Part shown: positions 9,932 through 18,702 of the stretch, one piece after another
Position numbering within the stretch: the stretch's first letter is position 1
How the letters are laid out: each line of letters opens with the position of its first letter
Source of the DNA: Spirochaetia bacterium
GTDB lineage: Bacteria; Spirochaetota; Spirochaetia; CAKZLE01
DNA: 64,000 nucleotides
NCBI GenBank assembly: GCA_963677595.1
Contig: OY782041.1
Coordinates: 1,760,001-1,824,000 of the forward strand
Direction: 5' to 3'
Position numbers and translations under genes: made by a program
The notes under the pieces: generated by a model
Database searches by the model: none
What the model was told of the DNA's origin: nothing
What the model saw: the letters and a program-made list of their open reading frames with translations, nothing else

Positions 9932-11254
9932 GTGAATACTGAAGATCTAGTGAGACTTGACAGAGACCATGTAGTGTACAGCTGGCACAGCCAGAACCAT
10001 GTGAACCCGATCATGATGGACCGGGCTGACCGGATCTATATGTGGGATACCGACGGGAAACGGTATACCGATTTCTGTTCCGGCCTCCTCAATGTGAATA
10101 TCGGTCATAACAACGAGCACGTGAAGCAGGCTATGCGGGAACAGATGGAGAAGCTCTGCTATGTGGGGACCTCCTTCGGTACCGCCCCGAAAGCCGTGCT
10201 CAGCAAGATGATCAGCGAGGTGACCCCCGGTGACCTGGACTATGTGTTCTACACGAACGGCGGGGCCGAAGCCGTTGAGAACGCGATCAAGGCTGCCAGG
10301 GCCTACACCGGCAGGCACAAGATCTACTCCCGGTGGAGGAGCTACCACGGGGCCACCGCCGGTGCGATAAGCCTCACGGGGGACCCGAGACGCTGGGCTG
10401 CTGAACCGGGCATGCCTGGCGTGGTGAAGTACTTCGGTCCCTATGGGTATAACTGTCCCTTTGGTACGGACTCAGTCGAGGAGTCAGGGCAGAAAGCCCT
10501 GGAGATGCTGCGGACCCAGATCATGATCGACGGGCCCCATACGATCGCTGCGATCTTCATGGAGCCGATCGTGGGAACGAACGGCATCATCATCCCCTCA
10601 AAGAGCTATGTGAAGGGCGTGCGTGAGATCTGTGACGAGTACGGTATCCTGCTGGTCGCCGATGAGACCATGTCAGGCTGGGGCCGCAGCGGCAAGTGGT
10701 TCTGTATGGAGCATTTCGATGTGGTCCCAGACATCATGACTACCGCGAAGGGTGTCACCTCGGGCTATGTGCCGCTAGGCTGCATGGTCTGGAGCAAGAA
10801 GATCTGGGATTTCTTCTGGGAGAGCCCCTTCATGGGCGGCCTCACCTACGGCGGGCATGCACTGGCCTGTGCGACGGGTATCGCGAACATCGAGGTCTAC
10901 AAGCAGGATAACCTCATCGAGAACTCGGAGAAGCTGGGGTACTACCTGGAGAAGAAGCTCCTTGAGCTCAAGGACCGTCACCCCTCGATCGGCGATGTCC
11001 GCTGCAAGGGATTGTGGGCATGCATCGAGCTCACGAAGGACCGGGAGACGAAGGAGCCGCTGGCAGGGTACAACAACGCGATCCGGAACGTGGCAGGCCC
11101 ACTGATGAAGATCCTCTACGGGGAAGGTCTCTACACGTTCTGCAAGTGGGACTTCATCTTCATCAGCCCACCGCTCTGCATCACGGCCGAGGAGATCGAC
11201 GAATCGATCGAGAAGCTGGAGAAGGGGCTGGAGTACACTGACTCGTTAGTGTGA
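9932..11254 (+). CDS. Class III aminotransferase, probable beta-alanine aminotransferase (PydD-like)
   Basis: SYHGAT, EPIVG, ADETMSGWGRSG, TAKG (PLP Lys), GLTYGGH. Start at GTG 9932 with GAGGA RBS. Confidence 0.85.
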   Translation: MNTEDLVRLDRDHVVYSWHSQNHVNPIMMDRADRIYMWDTDGKRYTDFCSGLLNVNIGHNNEHVKQAMREQMEKLCYVGTSFGTAPKAVLSKMISEVTPGDLDYVFYTNGGAEAVENAIKAARAYTGRHKIYSRWRSYHGATAGAISLTGDPRRWAAEPGMPGVVKYFGPYGYNCPFGTDSVEESGQKALEMLRTQIMIDGPHTIAAIFMEPIVGTNGIIIPSKSYVKGVREICDEYGILLVADETMSGWGRSGKWFCMEHFDVVPDIMTTAKGVTSGYVPLGCMVWSKKIWDFFWESPFMGGLTYGGHALACATGIANIEVYKQDNLIENSEKLGYYLEKKLLELKDRHPSIGDVRCKGLWACIELTKDRETKEPLAGYNNAIRNVAGPLMKILYGEGLYTFCKWDFIFISPPLCITAEEIDESIEKLEKGLEYTDSLV

Positions 11255-11297
11255 TATAAGAGGCTGGGATCGGTAGCCACTTTACAGGTGAGAGGTC

Positions 11298-11606
11298 TCA
11301 TGATACTGCGATTCCCTCTAATGCGATGATATATTCCAGTGAACCATTCAGTTGGCTTCGCGTGGTGAAATCAGGTTCGGAGAGAACAAGGATATCCATG
11401 GCCATGGAAAGATACTTCCTGGCTTCTACACGAATGTCATAGATCAGGTCAAAGGGATCCTTGGACAATGAAGGAAATACCGCACATAAGTCCAGATCGC
11501 TGTCCTTGGTGGTATTGCCGGTTGCTTGGGATCCAAACACTATGAACCGTGCTTCGGGGAAAGCCTGTTTCAACTTCTGTATCGCCTGAACGATATCTTC
11601 ATTCAT
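11298..11606 (-). CDS. Minimal nucleotidyltransferase (MNT-type)
   Basis: FGSQATG..DSDLDL (GS..DxD) motif plus third Asp in MDIL; about 102 aa. Confidence 0.8.
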   Translation of the reverse strand: MNEDIVQAIQKLKQAFPEARFIVFGSQATGNTTKDSDLDLCAVFPSLSKDPFDLIYDIRVEARKYLSMAMDILVLSEPDFTTRSQLNGSLEYIIALEGIAVS

Positions 11607-11711
11607 GATTCTTCCTTGTAGCTGAATTCTACAAGAGAATAATGGGTGATGCAATCATCAGCAGCGGCTTCTCACGTGGTTGTATATTCCAATGGGAACA
11701 CTCCTATAGGC

Positions 11712-11761
11712 TGGGTGTGAATTGTAAAATGAATTGACAATTTACACCCACGGGCTACACT
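11712..11761 (+). promoter_or_regulatory. sigma70 promoter overlapped by an inverted repeat
   Basis: TTGACA (11734)-N16-TACACT (11756). Inverted repeat TGGGTGTGAATTGT / ACAATTTACACCCA (13/14 match) spans 11712-11750. Confidence 0.6.
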
Positions 11762-11767
11762 GTACCT

Positions 11768-12943
11768 ATGGTTGAACGAGAGATCAGTGCCAAAGTACTG
11801 GAATATGCCTCCTATTTCCCGGTAGTGACGATCACGGGCCCAAGGCAGTCGGGAAAGACCACCCTGGCAAAAGCCTTGTTTCCTGAGAAGCCCTATGTCT
11901 CACTCGAAGAGGTGGACCAGAGAAAGCATGCACAGTCAGACCCGCGGGGGTTCCTCTCGCAGTATCCTGATGGTGCAGTCCTCGATGAAGCTCAGCGGGT
12001 ACCGGACCTCTTCTCCTATATACAGACGATAGTGGATCAGGTTGACAGGAGAGGGCTCTTCATCATAACAGGCAGCCAGCAGTTCGGCATGCTCTCCCCT
12101 GTTTCGCAGTCATTGGCCGGGAGTACTGCCTTGGTGGAGCTGCTGCCGTTCACCATCGGGGAGGCGTATGGTGCCAAAGGCCTGCGGAACCTGGACTCCA
12201 TCAGCCTTGATGAGGTTCTCTGTACCGGTTTCCTTCCCAGAATATTCGACAGCCAGGCACCCCCGGCTGATGTGAACAGGTTCTATGTCCAGACCTACCT
12301 TGAGCGCGATGTCAGGCAGCTGCTTCAGTTCCGCGATATGTCGCGCTTCGAGGACTTCCTCTACCTGTGCGCCGGCAGGACCGGGCAGCTGGTCAATCTC
12401 TCGGCGATCAGTGATGAACTGGGGCTCAGCCACAATACCATCAAGGCATGGCTCTCGGTCCTGGAGGCATCGTATATCATCAGGATGGTATATCCCTACC
12501 ATAAGAGGATCACGAGGAGGGTGGTGAAGACCCCGAAGCTCTACTTTCTCGATATCGGGGTCGCCTGCTCCCTGCTGGGTATCAGTTCAGCGGAACACCT
12601 TGTCCGCCACCCGCTTCGCGGGGCGTTGTATGAGACCATGGTCGTCACAGAGATCCTTAAGCAGCGGTTGAATAGGGGATTGGATGACAGGATCTATTTC
12701 TATCGGGACCAGAAAGGGAATGAGGTCGACCTGGTGATCGAGGAGGGGCAGCGGCTGCACCTCATCGAGATGAAATCCTCCAGGACGATGAACAGCAGCT
12801 TCCTGAAGGGGTTCCTGCGGTTCCCGCAGGAGGGGCAGCAGGTAGCTTCAAGGAGTATCATCTATGACGGGGAACATACCGGTCCCTACCATGAGGCCCG
12901 AATCTGGAACTGGAAAGAGGCTGCTTCCCTGGATATCTACTGA
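11768..12943 (+). CDS. ATP-binding protein, AAA_14 + DUF4143 family
   Basis: GPRQSGKTT, LDEAQ, TGSQQF, KTPKLYFLDIG and EVDLVIE..IEMK motifs. Confidence 0.9.
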   Translation: MVEREISAKVLEYASYFPVVTITGPRQSGKTTLAKALFPEKPYVSLEEVDQRKHAQSDPRGFLSQYPDGAVLDEAQRVPDLFSYIQTIVDQVDRRGLFIITGSQQFGMLSPVSQSLAGSTALVELLPFTIGEAYGAKGLRNLDSISLDEVLCTGFLPRIFDSQAPPADVNRFYVQTYLERDVRQLLQFRDMSRFEDFLYLCAGRTGQLVNLSAISDELGLSHNTIKAWLSVLEASYIIRMVYPYHKRITRRVVKTPKLYFLDIGVACSLLGISSAEHLVRHPLRGALYETMVVTEILKQRLNRGLDDRIYFYRDQKGNEVDLVIEEGQRLHLIEMKSSRTMNSSFLKGFLRFPQEGQQVASRSIIYDGEHTGPYHEARIWNWKEAASLDIY

Positions 12944-12971
12944 GGACCATGTGACCATGGGAAGGAACGAG

Positions 12972-13862
12972 TCACCCTTCCGGGAAGCCGTGGGTGAAAT
13001 CGATGAAGGTATCGATGAACTCCAGCGGTGAGTCGTCGGTATAGACGAAGCAGAGTTCCCGCAGCAGCGGGCCTGCCGAAAGCGGCCTTGATACGAGCGA
13101 GCCGAGGAGGAGTTCCTTCTCGACTGCCCGCTTGGACATGACCGATGTTCCGATCCCTGCCTCGACCAGGGACTTGATCGCGCTTAAGGATCCCACTTCC
13201 ATGATGACCGAGGACTTCGGGATGTGCAGGCCGTGGGTCCTGCAGTACTCCTCCCAGTAGTATCTCGTGCCTGAACCCTGCTCACGCAGGATGAGCCTGC
13301 TTGAGATGAGCTCTCCTTCCCCGATCGGCTTCGAGGGATCCGGGATGTAGTCCCGGTTCCCGATGAAGATCATCTCGTCAGTGAGGAAGAGCCGTGAGCG
13401 GTACTGCTCCCGGTCGAAGGGCCCCTCGATGAGGGCCAGGTCGATTTCGCCCCTCTTCAGCAGGTCAAGGATCGAGACGGTGTTCTCGATCAGGATGCTG
13501 AGTTCCAGGTTCGGGTTGCTGACCCGGAACCTCCCGAGGTAGGAGGGGAGGATGAACTCCCCGATCGTGAGTGTGGCACCTAACCGATACTCCCTCCTCC
13601 CGCTGATCATGGAACCTGCTTCCCGCCTGAAGCGGTCGTAGAGCATCCCGGAACGCGATGCAGCCTCATAGAGCAGCCTCCCGGCGTCATTGAGGACGAG
13701 ACGCCTCCCGACATGCTCGAAGAGGGGCATCCTATAGTACTCCTCGAGGGCCTTGAGGTGCTGGGAGACTGCGGGCTGCGTGATCCCGAGGGTCTCCGAT
13801 GCCTTCAAGAGGGACCCCTGGTCCACAACAGCCAGGAATGACTTGATACGGAAATCTATCAT
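12972..13862 (-). CDS. LysR family regulator (CysL/YeiE-like)
   Basis: HTH ITQPAVSQHLKALE; GATLTIGEF, DLALIEG, REQGSGTR; divergent from a YeiH gene. Confidence 0.92.
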   Translation of the reverse strand: MIDFRIKSFLAVVDQGSLLKASETLGITQPAVSQHLKALEEYYRMPLFEHVGRRLVLNDAGRLLYEAASRSGMLYDRFRREAGSMISGRREYRLGATLTIGEFILPSYLGRFRVSNPNLELSILIENTVSILDLLKRGEIDLALIEGPFDREQYRSRLFLTDEMIFIGNRDYIPDPSKPIGEGELISSRLILREQGSGTRYYWEEYCRTHGLHIPKSSVIMEVGSLSAIKSLVEAGIGTSVMSKRAVEKELLLGSLVSRPLSAGPLLRELCFVYTDDSPLEFIDTFIDFTHGFPEG

Positions 13863-13976
13863 AAGCTCATCATAAGGTTTAGTAATACTAAAGTAAACAT
13901 AATAAAATATAAATATTACTAATGAGATGATTCTGATAGGCTTACTGAAAAGCTGCAGTATGCAGGGAGGGGAAGT

Positions 13977-14945
13977 ATGAGAGAGGTTATCCCGGGATTG
14001 GCATTGACGGTCCTGATCATGGTCGTCGCGAAGGTCGCAGCAGGGGTGATCCCGCTCGGCAGCGTCACGATCGCCATCCTGCTGGGCATCCTCATCCGGA
14101 ATGTGTTCACCCTCCCGGGATACTGCTCTCCGGGGATACGCTTCAGTGAGAAGCAGGTCCTTCCTGCCGCGATCGCCCTGCTCGGCTTCGGCCTGGACTA
14201 TCGTATCCTGCTCGAACTGGGGGCCGGGACGATCGTGATCATCCTCCTCGGGGTTCCCTTCACGATCCTGGCAGCCTTGCTGGTCGGCAGGATCCTGGGG
14301 ATGGACAGGGACTTGAGTCTCCTCCTGGGGGTGGGGAACGCAGTCTGCGGTTCCTCGGCCATAGCCGCAGCCCAGGCGGTCATACAGGCCGATGGGGAGA
14401 AGGTCGGGGTGTCGGTAGCCGCAGTCAACCTGTTCGGTACCATAGGCCTCTTCCTCCTGCCGGGGGTATGCCTGCTGCTCACGGGGTTCTCCCCCGAACA
14501 GGGGGGTATCCTGATCGGGGATACCCTGCAGTCCATCGGGCAGGTCACTGCCGCCGGCTACTCGATAGATGAGACAGTCGGCAGGGTCGCGACCGTCGTG
14601 AAGATGGGGCGGGTGCTGCTTATCACCCCGGTCGTCCTGGTCCTGGGGGCCTGGAAAGGATCAGCCCAGGGCGGGAGAGGAGTCGGTCTCCCGAAGATAC
14701 CCAGGTACCTGGTAGGTTTCATCCTCTTCTCAGGAGTCAACTCCCTCGGGATCCTGCCCGGGGAGGTCACCGCCTTCCTGCACCAGGCCAGCAAGGTCCT
14801 CCTGACGGTTGCCATGGCGGGGATCGGGATGGCCATCTCGAAGGAGATCCTGGCCCAGGGAGGGAAGAAGGTGATCCTTACCGGACTGCTGACCTGGATC
14901 TTACAGATCGCGTTCAGCCTGTTCCTGGTACACGTCCTGACCTGA
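13977..14945 (+). CDS. YeiH family (putative sulfate exporter) membrane protein
   Basis: IALLGFGL, GNAVCGSSAIAA, VVKMGRV and AMAGIG motifs; about 10 TM helices. Confidence 0.88.
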   Translation: MREVIPGLALTVLIMVVAKVAAGVIPLGSVTIAILLGILIRNVFTLPGYCSPGIRFSEKQVLPAAIALLGFGLDYRILLELGAGTIVIILLGVPFTILAALLVGRILGMDRDLSLLLGVGNAVCGSSAIAAAQAVIQADGEKVGVSVAAVNLFGTIGLFLLPGVCLLLTGFSPEQGGILIGDTLQSIGQVTAAGYSIDETVGRVATVVKMGRVLLITPVVLVLGAWKGSAQGGRGVGLPKIPRYLVGFILFSGVNSLGILPGEVTAFLHQASKVLLTVAMAGIGMAISKEILAQGGKKVILTGLLTWILQIAFSLFLVHVLT

Positions 14946-14973
14946 CCCGGCCAACCGGTGACCGGTCACGGGA

Positions 14974-15522
14974 CTACTCCCGGGAAGTGAAGATACTCTG
15001 CTTCAGGATCAACTCTATCTGGTCCATGAGGTAGGGGATATCATCCTGCATCCGTGACTCGAACCACCTGCTGATGATATGGAGGGTTGCACCGACGAAG
15101 AACTCTGCCGCATAATCGAGGGAGAGGTCACTGTCCAGCTCAAGCATGACCAGCCAGTTCAGGTACCCTTCATGCAGCAGGGAGCCGAAGGTCTTCTTGA
15201 ATGACTCGTATCCGTTCACATCGAAGATGCTCCGGTAGAACGGCTCGTTCTCCTTCAGGAGCAGCAGCATGAGCTTTCCCCCCTGCTTCCAGTTATCAGC
15301 TTGGAGATGGTTCCTCCTGACAAGGTCATAGTAGTCATCCCTGATGATGTTGTTTATGAGGGCATACTTGTCACGGTAGTGGTAGTAGAACCCCATCCTG
15401 CTGATGCCTACCCGTTCGCATACGGTACTCACCTTCAGGTTAGTGAACCCCTCGTGGATGACGATGTCCCGGGCAGTGCTCATGATCGATCGTGTCGTCT
15501 GTTCGGCCCTGTATGAAGCCAT
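14974..15522 (-). CDS. TetR/AcrR family regulator (DhaS-like C-terminus)
   Basis: N-terminal HTH VSTVCERVGISRMGFYYHYRDKYAL. Confidence 0.88.
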   Translation of the reverse strand: MASYRAEQTTRSIMSTARDIVIHEGFTNLKVSTVCERVGISRMGFYYHYRDKYALINNIIRDDYYDLVRRNHLQADNWKQGGKLMLLLLKENEPFYRSIFDVNGYESFKKTFGSLLHEGYLNWLVMLELDSDLSLDYAAEFFVGATLHIISRWFESRMQDDIPYLMDQIELILKQSIFTSRE

Positions 15523-15525
15523 AGT

Positions 15526-15576
15526 TTACAATCTACCTTCTTTGTAAGAAAACTATACATTATAAGTATATTGTAA
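15526..15576. promoter_or_regulatory. Tandem candidate TetR operators
   Basis: TTACAA-N10-TTGTAA (15526-15547) and ATACAT-N10-TTGTAA (15555-15576) in the divergent tetR/amidase gap. Confidence 0.55.
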
Positions 15577-15643
15577 ATAGCTCGTCCTCACAACAGAAAT
15601 TACACTGATACAAACACATACACACAAGACCAAGGAGGCAGGT

Positions 15644-17080
15644 ATGAGTGGACTGACCTGGATGCCCGGCTGGGAGCTGCTTGAGAGGATCAAGACGAAA
15701 GAGCTCTCCCCGGTCGAGGTAGTCAGACATTATCTTGAGCGGATAGAACGGCTGGAGCCTGATATCCACGCGTATATCACAGTAGATGGGGAGGGAGCCC
15801 TGAAACAGGCCAAGGCGGCAGAAGAGGCGGTCATGGGGGGAGCAGACCTCGGTCCGCTCCATGGGCTCCCGATTTCTATCAAGGACCTCTATAACACGAC
15901 AGGGCTGCGGACCACGATGGGTTCGGCCCTCTTCGAGCACTTCGTTCCTGACTATGATGAGATCCTCGTGGAACGGCTGAAGAAAGCCGGGGCTATCATC
16001 ATCGGAAAGACGCAGACCCCGGAGTTCGCGAGCTTCGACCGGACGGTCACCCCGTTCACGGAAGAGTGCATGAACCCCTGGGACCTCAAGCGCTCCTCGG
16101 GTCACTCGAGCGGCGGTGCCGGGGCTGCAGCCGCGGCAGGGATGACTCCCTGGGCCATTGGGAGTGACGGCGGCGGGTCGACGAGGAACCCCGCGGCCTA
16201 CAACGGGGTCGTCGGCTTCCAGCCGAGTGCGGGACGGATTCCAATGCGCAACCCCGTCAGCATGCCCTCGTCCTCAGCAGGACCGATGACCCTGCACGTG
16301 AGGGATGCCGCAGCCATCATCCAGGCGATCGCGGGCAAGGACCCCAGGGACCCGAGTGCCATCGAGGAGGCTTCCCCTGATTTCCTCGGGGAGCTTGACA
16401 AGGGTATCAGCGGGCTGAAGATCGCCTGGACGGGTGATTGGGGAGTCGTGCCGGAAGAGGATGCAGCTGTCACGGAGCTGGTACGCAGGGCAGTACTGAG
16501 ATTCTCTGAGGCAGGGGCGGCCGTGGAAGAGCCGTCGATCGTCATGCCCGATGAGGAGACGACCCATAAAGTCTTTACATTCATCGCCGCAATAGGCGGA
16601 GGCAGGTTGAGCATGTGGGAGAGCTTCACAGCTGAACAGCTCAAGCTGCTCACCCCGCGCAACCAGGCCATGATAGCGATGGCCAAGGATTTTAAACCGG
16701 ACGCAAAAGCAATGAGGGGAGCGCTGGAGTACCGCGCGATACTCCACCAGTGGATGTCAGGCTGGTTCTCCCAGTACGACCTCATCTGCACGCCGACCGC
16801 GGGACGTATCGCCCCGATCGTCCCCGAAGACAAGTATGCCTCGCCCTATGACGGGATCTACGCTGAACGTTCCGGAGTCAACCATCTCTACATCGCCAAC
16901 GCCCTCGGCCTGCCGGCGATCTCGGTTCCCTGCGGGTTCTCTGACGGCATGCCGGTAGGGATGCATATCGTAGGCCCCAGGTTCTCCGATACCCTCGTCA
17001 TGAGGGCGGCACAGGCATTCTCACAGATCCAGCCGTGGATGGATAGACATCCCGTAATCGCAGGAGGAATCAATGAATAG
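15644..17080 (+). CDS. Amidase signature family protein
   Basis: LHGLPISIKD (Lys), GHSSGG, GSDGGGSTRNPA (Ser-cisSer-Lys triad), GLPAISVPCG. Confidence 0.92.
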   Translation: MSGLTWMPGWELLERIKTKELSPVEVVRHYLERIERLEPDIHAYITVDGEGALKQAKAAEEAVMGGADLGPLHGLPISIKDLYNTTGLRTTMGSALFEHFVPDYDEILVERLKKAGAIIIGKTQTPEFASFDRTVTPFTEECMNPWDLKRSSGHSSGGAGAAAAAGMTPWAIGSDGGGSTRNPAAYNGVVGFQPSAGRIPMRNPVSMPSSSAGPMTLHVRDAAAIIQAIAGKDPRDPSAIEEASPDFLGELDKGISGLKIAWTGDWGVVPEEDAAVTELVRRAVLRFSEAGAAVEEPSIVMPDEETTHKVFTFIAAIGGGRLSMWESFTAEQLKLLTPRNQAMIAMAKDFKPDAKAMRGALEYRAILHQWMSGWFSQYDLICTPTAGRIAPIVPEDKYASPYDGIYAERSGVNHLYIANALGLPAISVPCGFSDGMPVGMHIVGPRFSDTLVMRAAQAFSQIQPWMDRHPVIAGGINE

Positions 17081-17792
17081 TGAAGTCATGGCAATAGCCA
17101 ACTCAGGGCTGGTATTCCTGCTTGCCCTTATACCCATCGTCCTGGTAGTCATCCAGGCATTCATCTTCCTTGGCAGTGCATGGAAGGAAGGACGCAAGAT
17201 CGGGATCAAACAGGGGACCCTCAGGAAAGTCGTGGTGAACTCGGTGCTGTTCTCCATCATCCCCTCACTGCCGATCATCCTGATCATGGCAGTGCTCATG
17301 CCTGCACTGGGGAAGTACATCCCCTGGCTCAGGCTTACCGTGCTCGGGTCGGCACCCTATGAGAACATGGCAGCGGACCTGGCAGTGAAGTCTTTCGGCC
17401 TCTTCGGGATCGCTGATCCCGGCATGACGCCGTCGATCTTCATCTCCGTGGTCTGGGTGATGACGCTCGGGGTCGTCTCCTACCCCTTCGTCAACGGGTT
17501 CTTCCTGAAGAAGTACGATGGGAAACTGGAGAAGGTGAAGAGTGGGGGAGGCTTCGCTGAGGTGGCCATGGGGACCTTGTTCCTGGGGGTCATGGCAGCT
17601 TACATGCCGCCGATGCTCATCGATTACCAGAACGTACCGGGCCTGGCAGCCGTTGCCGGGTCAGGCGTGCTCGTGATCCTGCTGGACAAGATAGCGAAGA
17701 AGACCGGGATCAGGTCGTTGGGAGAGTTCTCATTCCCCCTGGCCATGCTCTTCGGTATGGTCGTGTCCGTTATCGTCGCGAATATCATGTAG
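17073..17792 (+). CDS. DUF5058-like membrane protein
   Basis: Hydrophobic protein with the PWLRLTVLGSAPYE motif recognised from DUF5058; coupled to the amidase. Confidence 0.7.
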   Translation: MNSEVMAIANSGLVFLLALIPIVLVVIQAFIFLGSAWKEGRKIGIKQGTLRKVVVNSVLFSIIPSLPIILIMAVLMPALGKYIPWLRLTVLGSAPYENMAADLAVKSFGLFGIADPGMTPSIFISVVWVMTLGVVSYPFVNGFFLKKYDGKLEKVKSGGGFAEVAMGTLFLGVMAAYMPPMLIDYQNVPGLAAVAGSGVLVILLDKIAKKTGIRSLGEFSFPLAMLFGMVVSVIVANIM

Positions 17793-17806
17793 GGAGGAGA
17801 TGCAGT

Positions 17807-18514
17807 ATGGAATACAAAACAGAAGATAAGAGCAGACCGGACAGCTACCATAACCGGGTACATCGTTTCGGGAGGATCTCCTCGATCACTATCGGGATCT
17901 CGTTCCTTATGGTGCCGCTGATGCTCTCCGTATTCACCGGTATACCGGTGAACTTCGCGAAGACCATCCAGGGGGTCATCGGCGTGCTGAGTCTGATGCT
18001 GGTACTGAACGTCGTGGAGTTCATCTCCTATACCCCGATCCTGGGTGCCAGTCTTTATCTGAGCCATATAACCGGTAACACCCTGAACATGAAGCTCCCT
18101 GCGGCGATCAGCAGCATGAAGCTTGCCGAGGTGGAGCCGGGAACCACGGAGGGGCAGATCGTCTCGATGGTGGCCATTGCCACCTCAGCGCTGACGACCA
18201 CCGTCATCCTCGTGATCGGCATGCTGGCAGTCAGCCAGCTCGTCCCCCTCATGCAGTCCCCGGTCCTGAAGCCCGGGTTCGATAACCTGATGTATGCGCT
18301 CATGGGAGCACTTGCCGTGCCGATGCTCTTCAAGGATGTGACCTCCATGAAGCGGGCATCCGTCCCGGCCGCACTGGCGATGGTCATAGCCCTGGTCATG
18401 GGGTACCAGACCTACGCCATGTACACGAGCATGATGCTCCCGCTCTTCATGGGGATCGCGGTCCTCTGGGCACGGGTCCTCTACAAGAGGGATGAGAAGA
18501 AAAAGAAGGTCTGA
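17807..18514 (+). CDS. Uncharacterised membrane protein (usual DUF5058 partner)
   Basis: HRFGR, VEFISYTPILG..YLS.ITGN..NMKLPAA motifs; 6-7 TM helices; GGAGGAG RBS. Confidence 0.7.
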   Translation: MEYKTEDKSRPDSYHNRVHRFGRISSITIGISFLMVPLMLSVFTGIPVNFAKTIQGVIGVLSLMLVLNVVEFISYTPILGASLYLSHITGNTLNMKLPAAISSMKLAEVEPGTTEGQIVSMVAIATSALTTTVILVIGMLAVSQLVPLMQSPVLKPGFDNLMYALMGALAVPMLFKDVTSMKRASVPAALAMVIALVMGYQTYAMYTSMMLPLFMGIAVLWARVLYKRDEKKKKV

Positions 18515-18536
18515 TCCAGGCCTCTGAATGTGTGTG

Positions 18537-18570
18537 CAGGCTGCCTTCCGACTCGTCGGGAGACAGCCTG
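18537..18570 (+). terminator. Hairpin after the amidase operon
   Basis: CAGGCTGCCTTCCGAC-TC-GTCGGGAGACAGCCTG long stem. Confidence 0.6.
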
Positions 18571-18702
18571 TCTTACGGTATGGGAGGAAACGGCCCCTGC
18601 CGGGATCACTACCTGATAAGAATGACTTGATTTATCACGGCTGACCGCGTATGGTTAGAACATGCCCTTGAAGCATCTTCGTATACCGGGGCATACTCAG
18701 GG

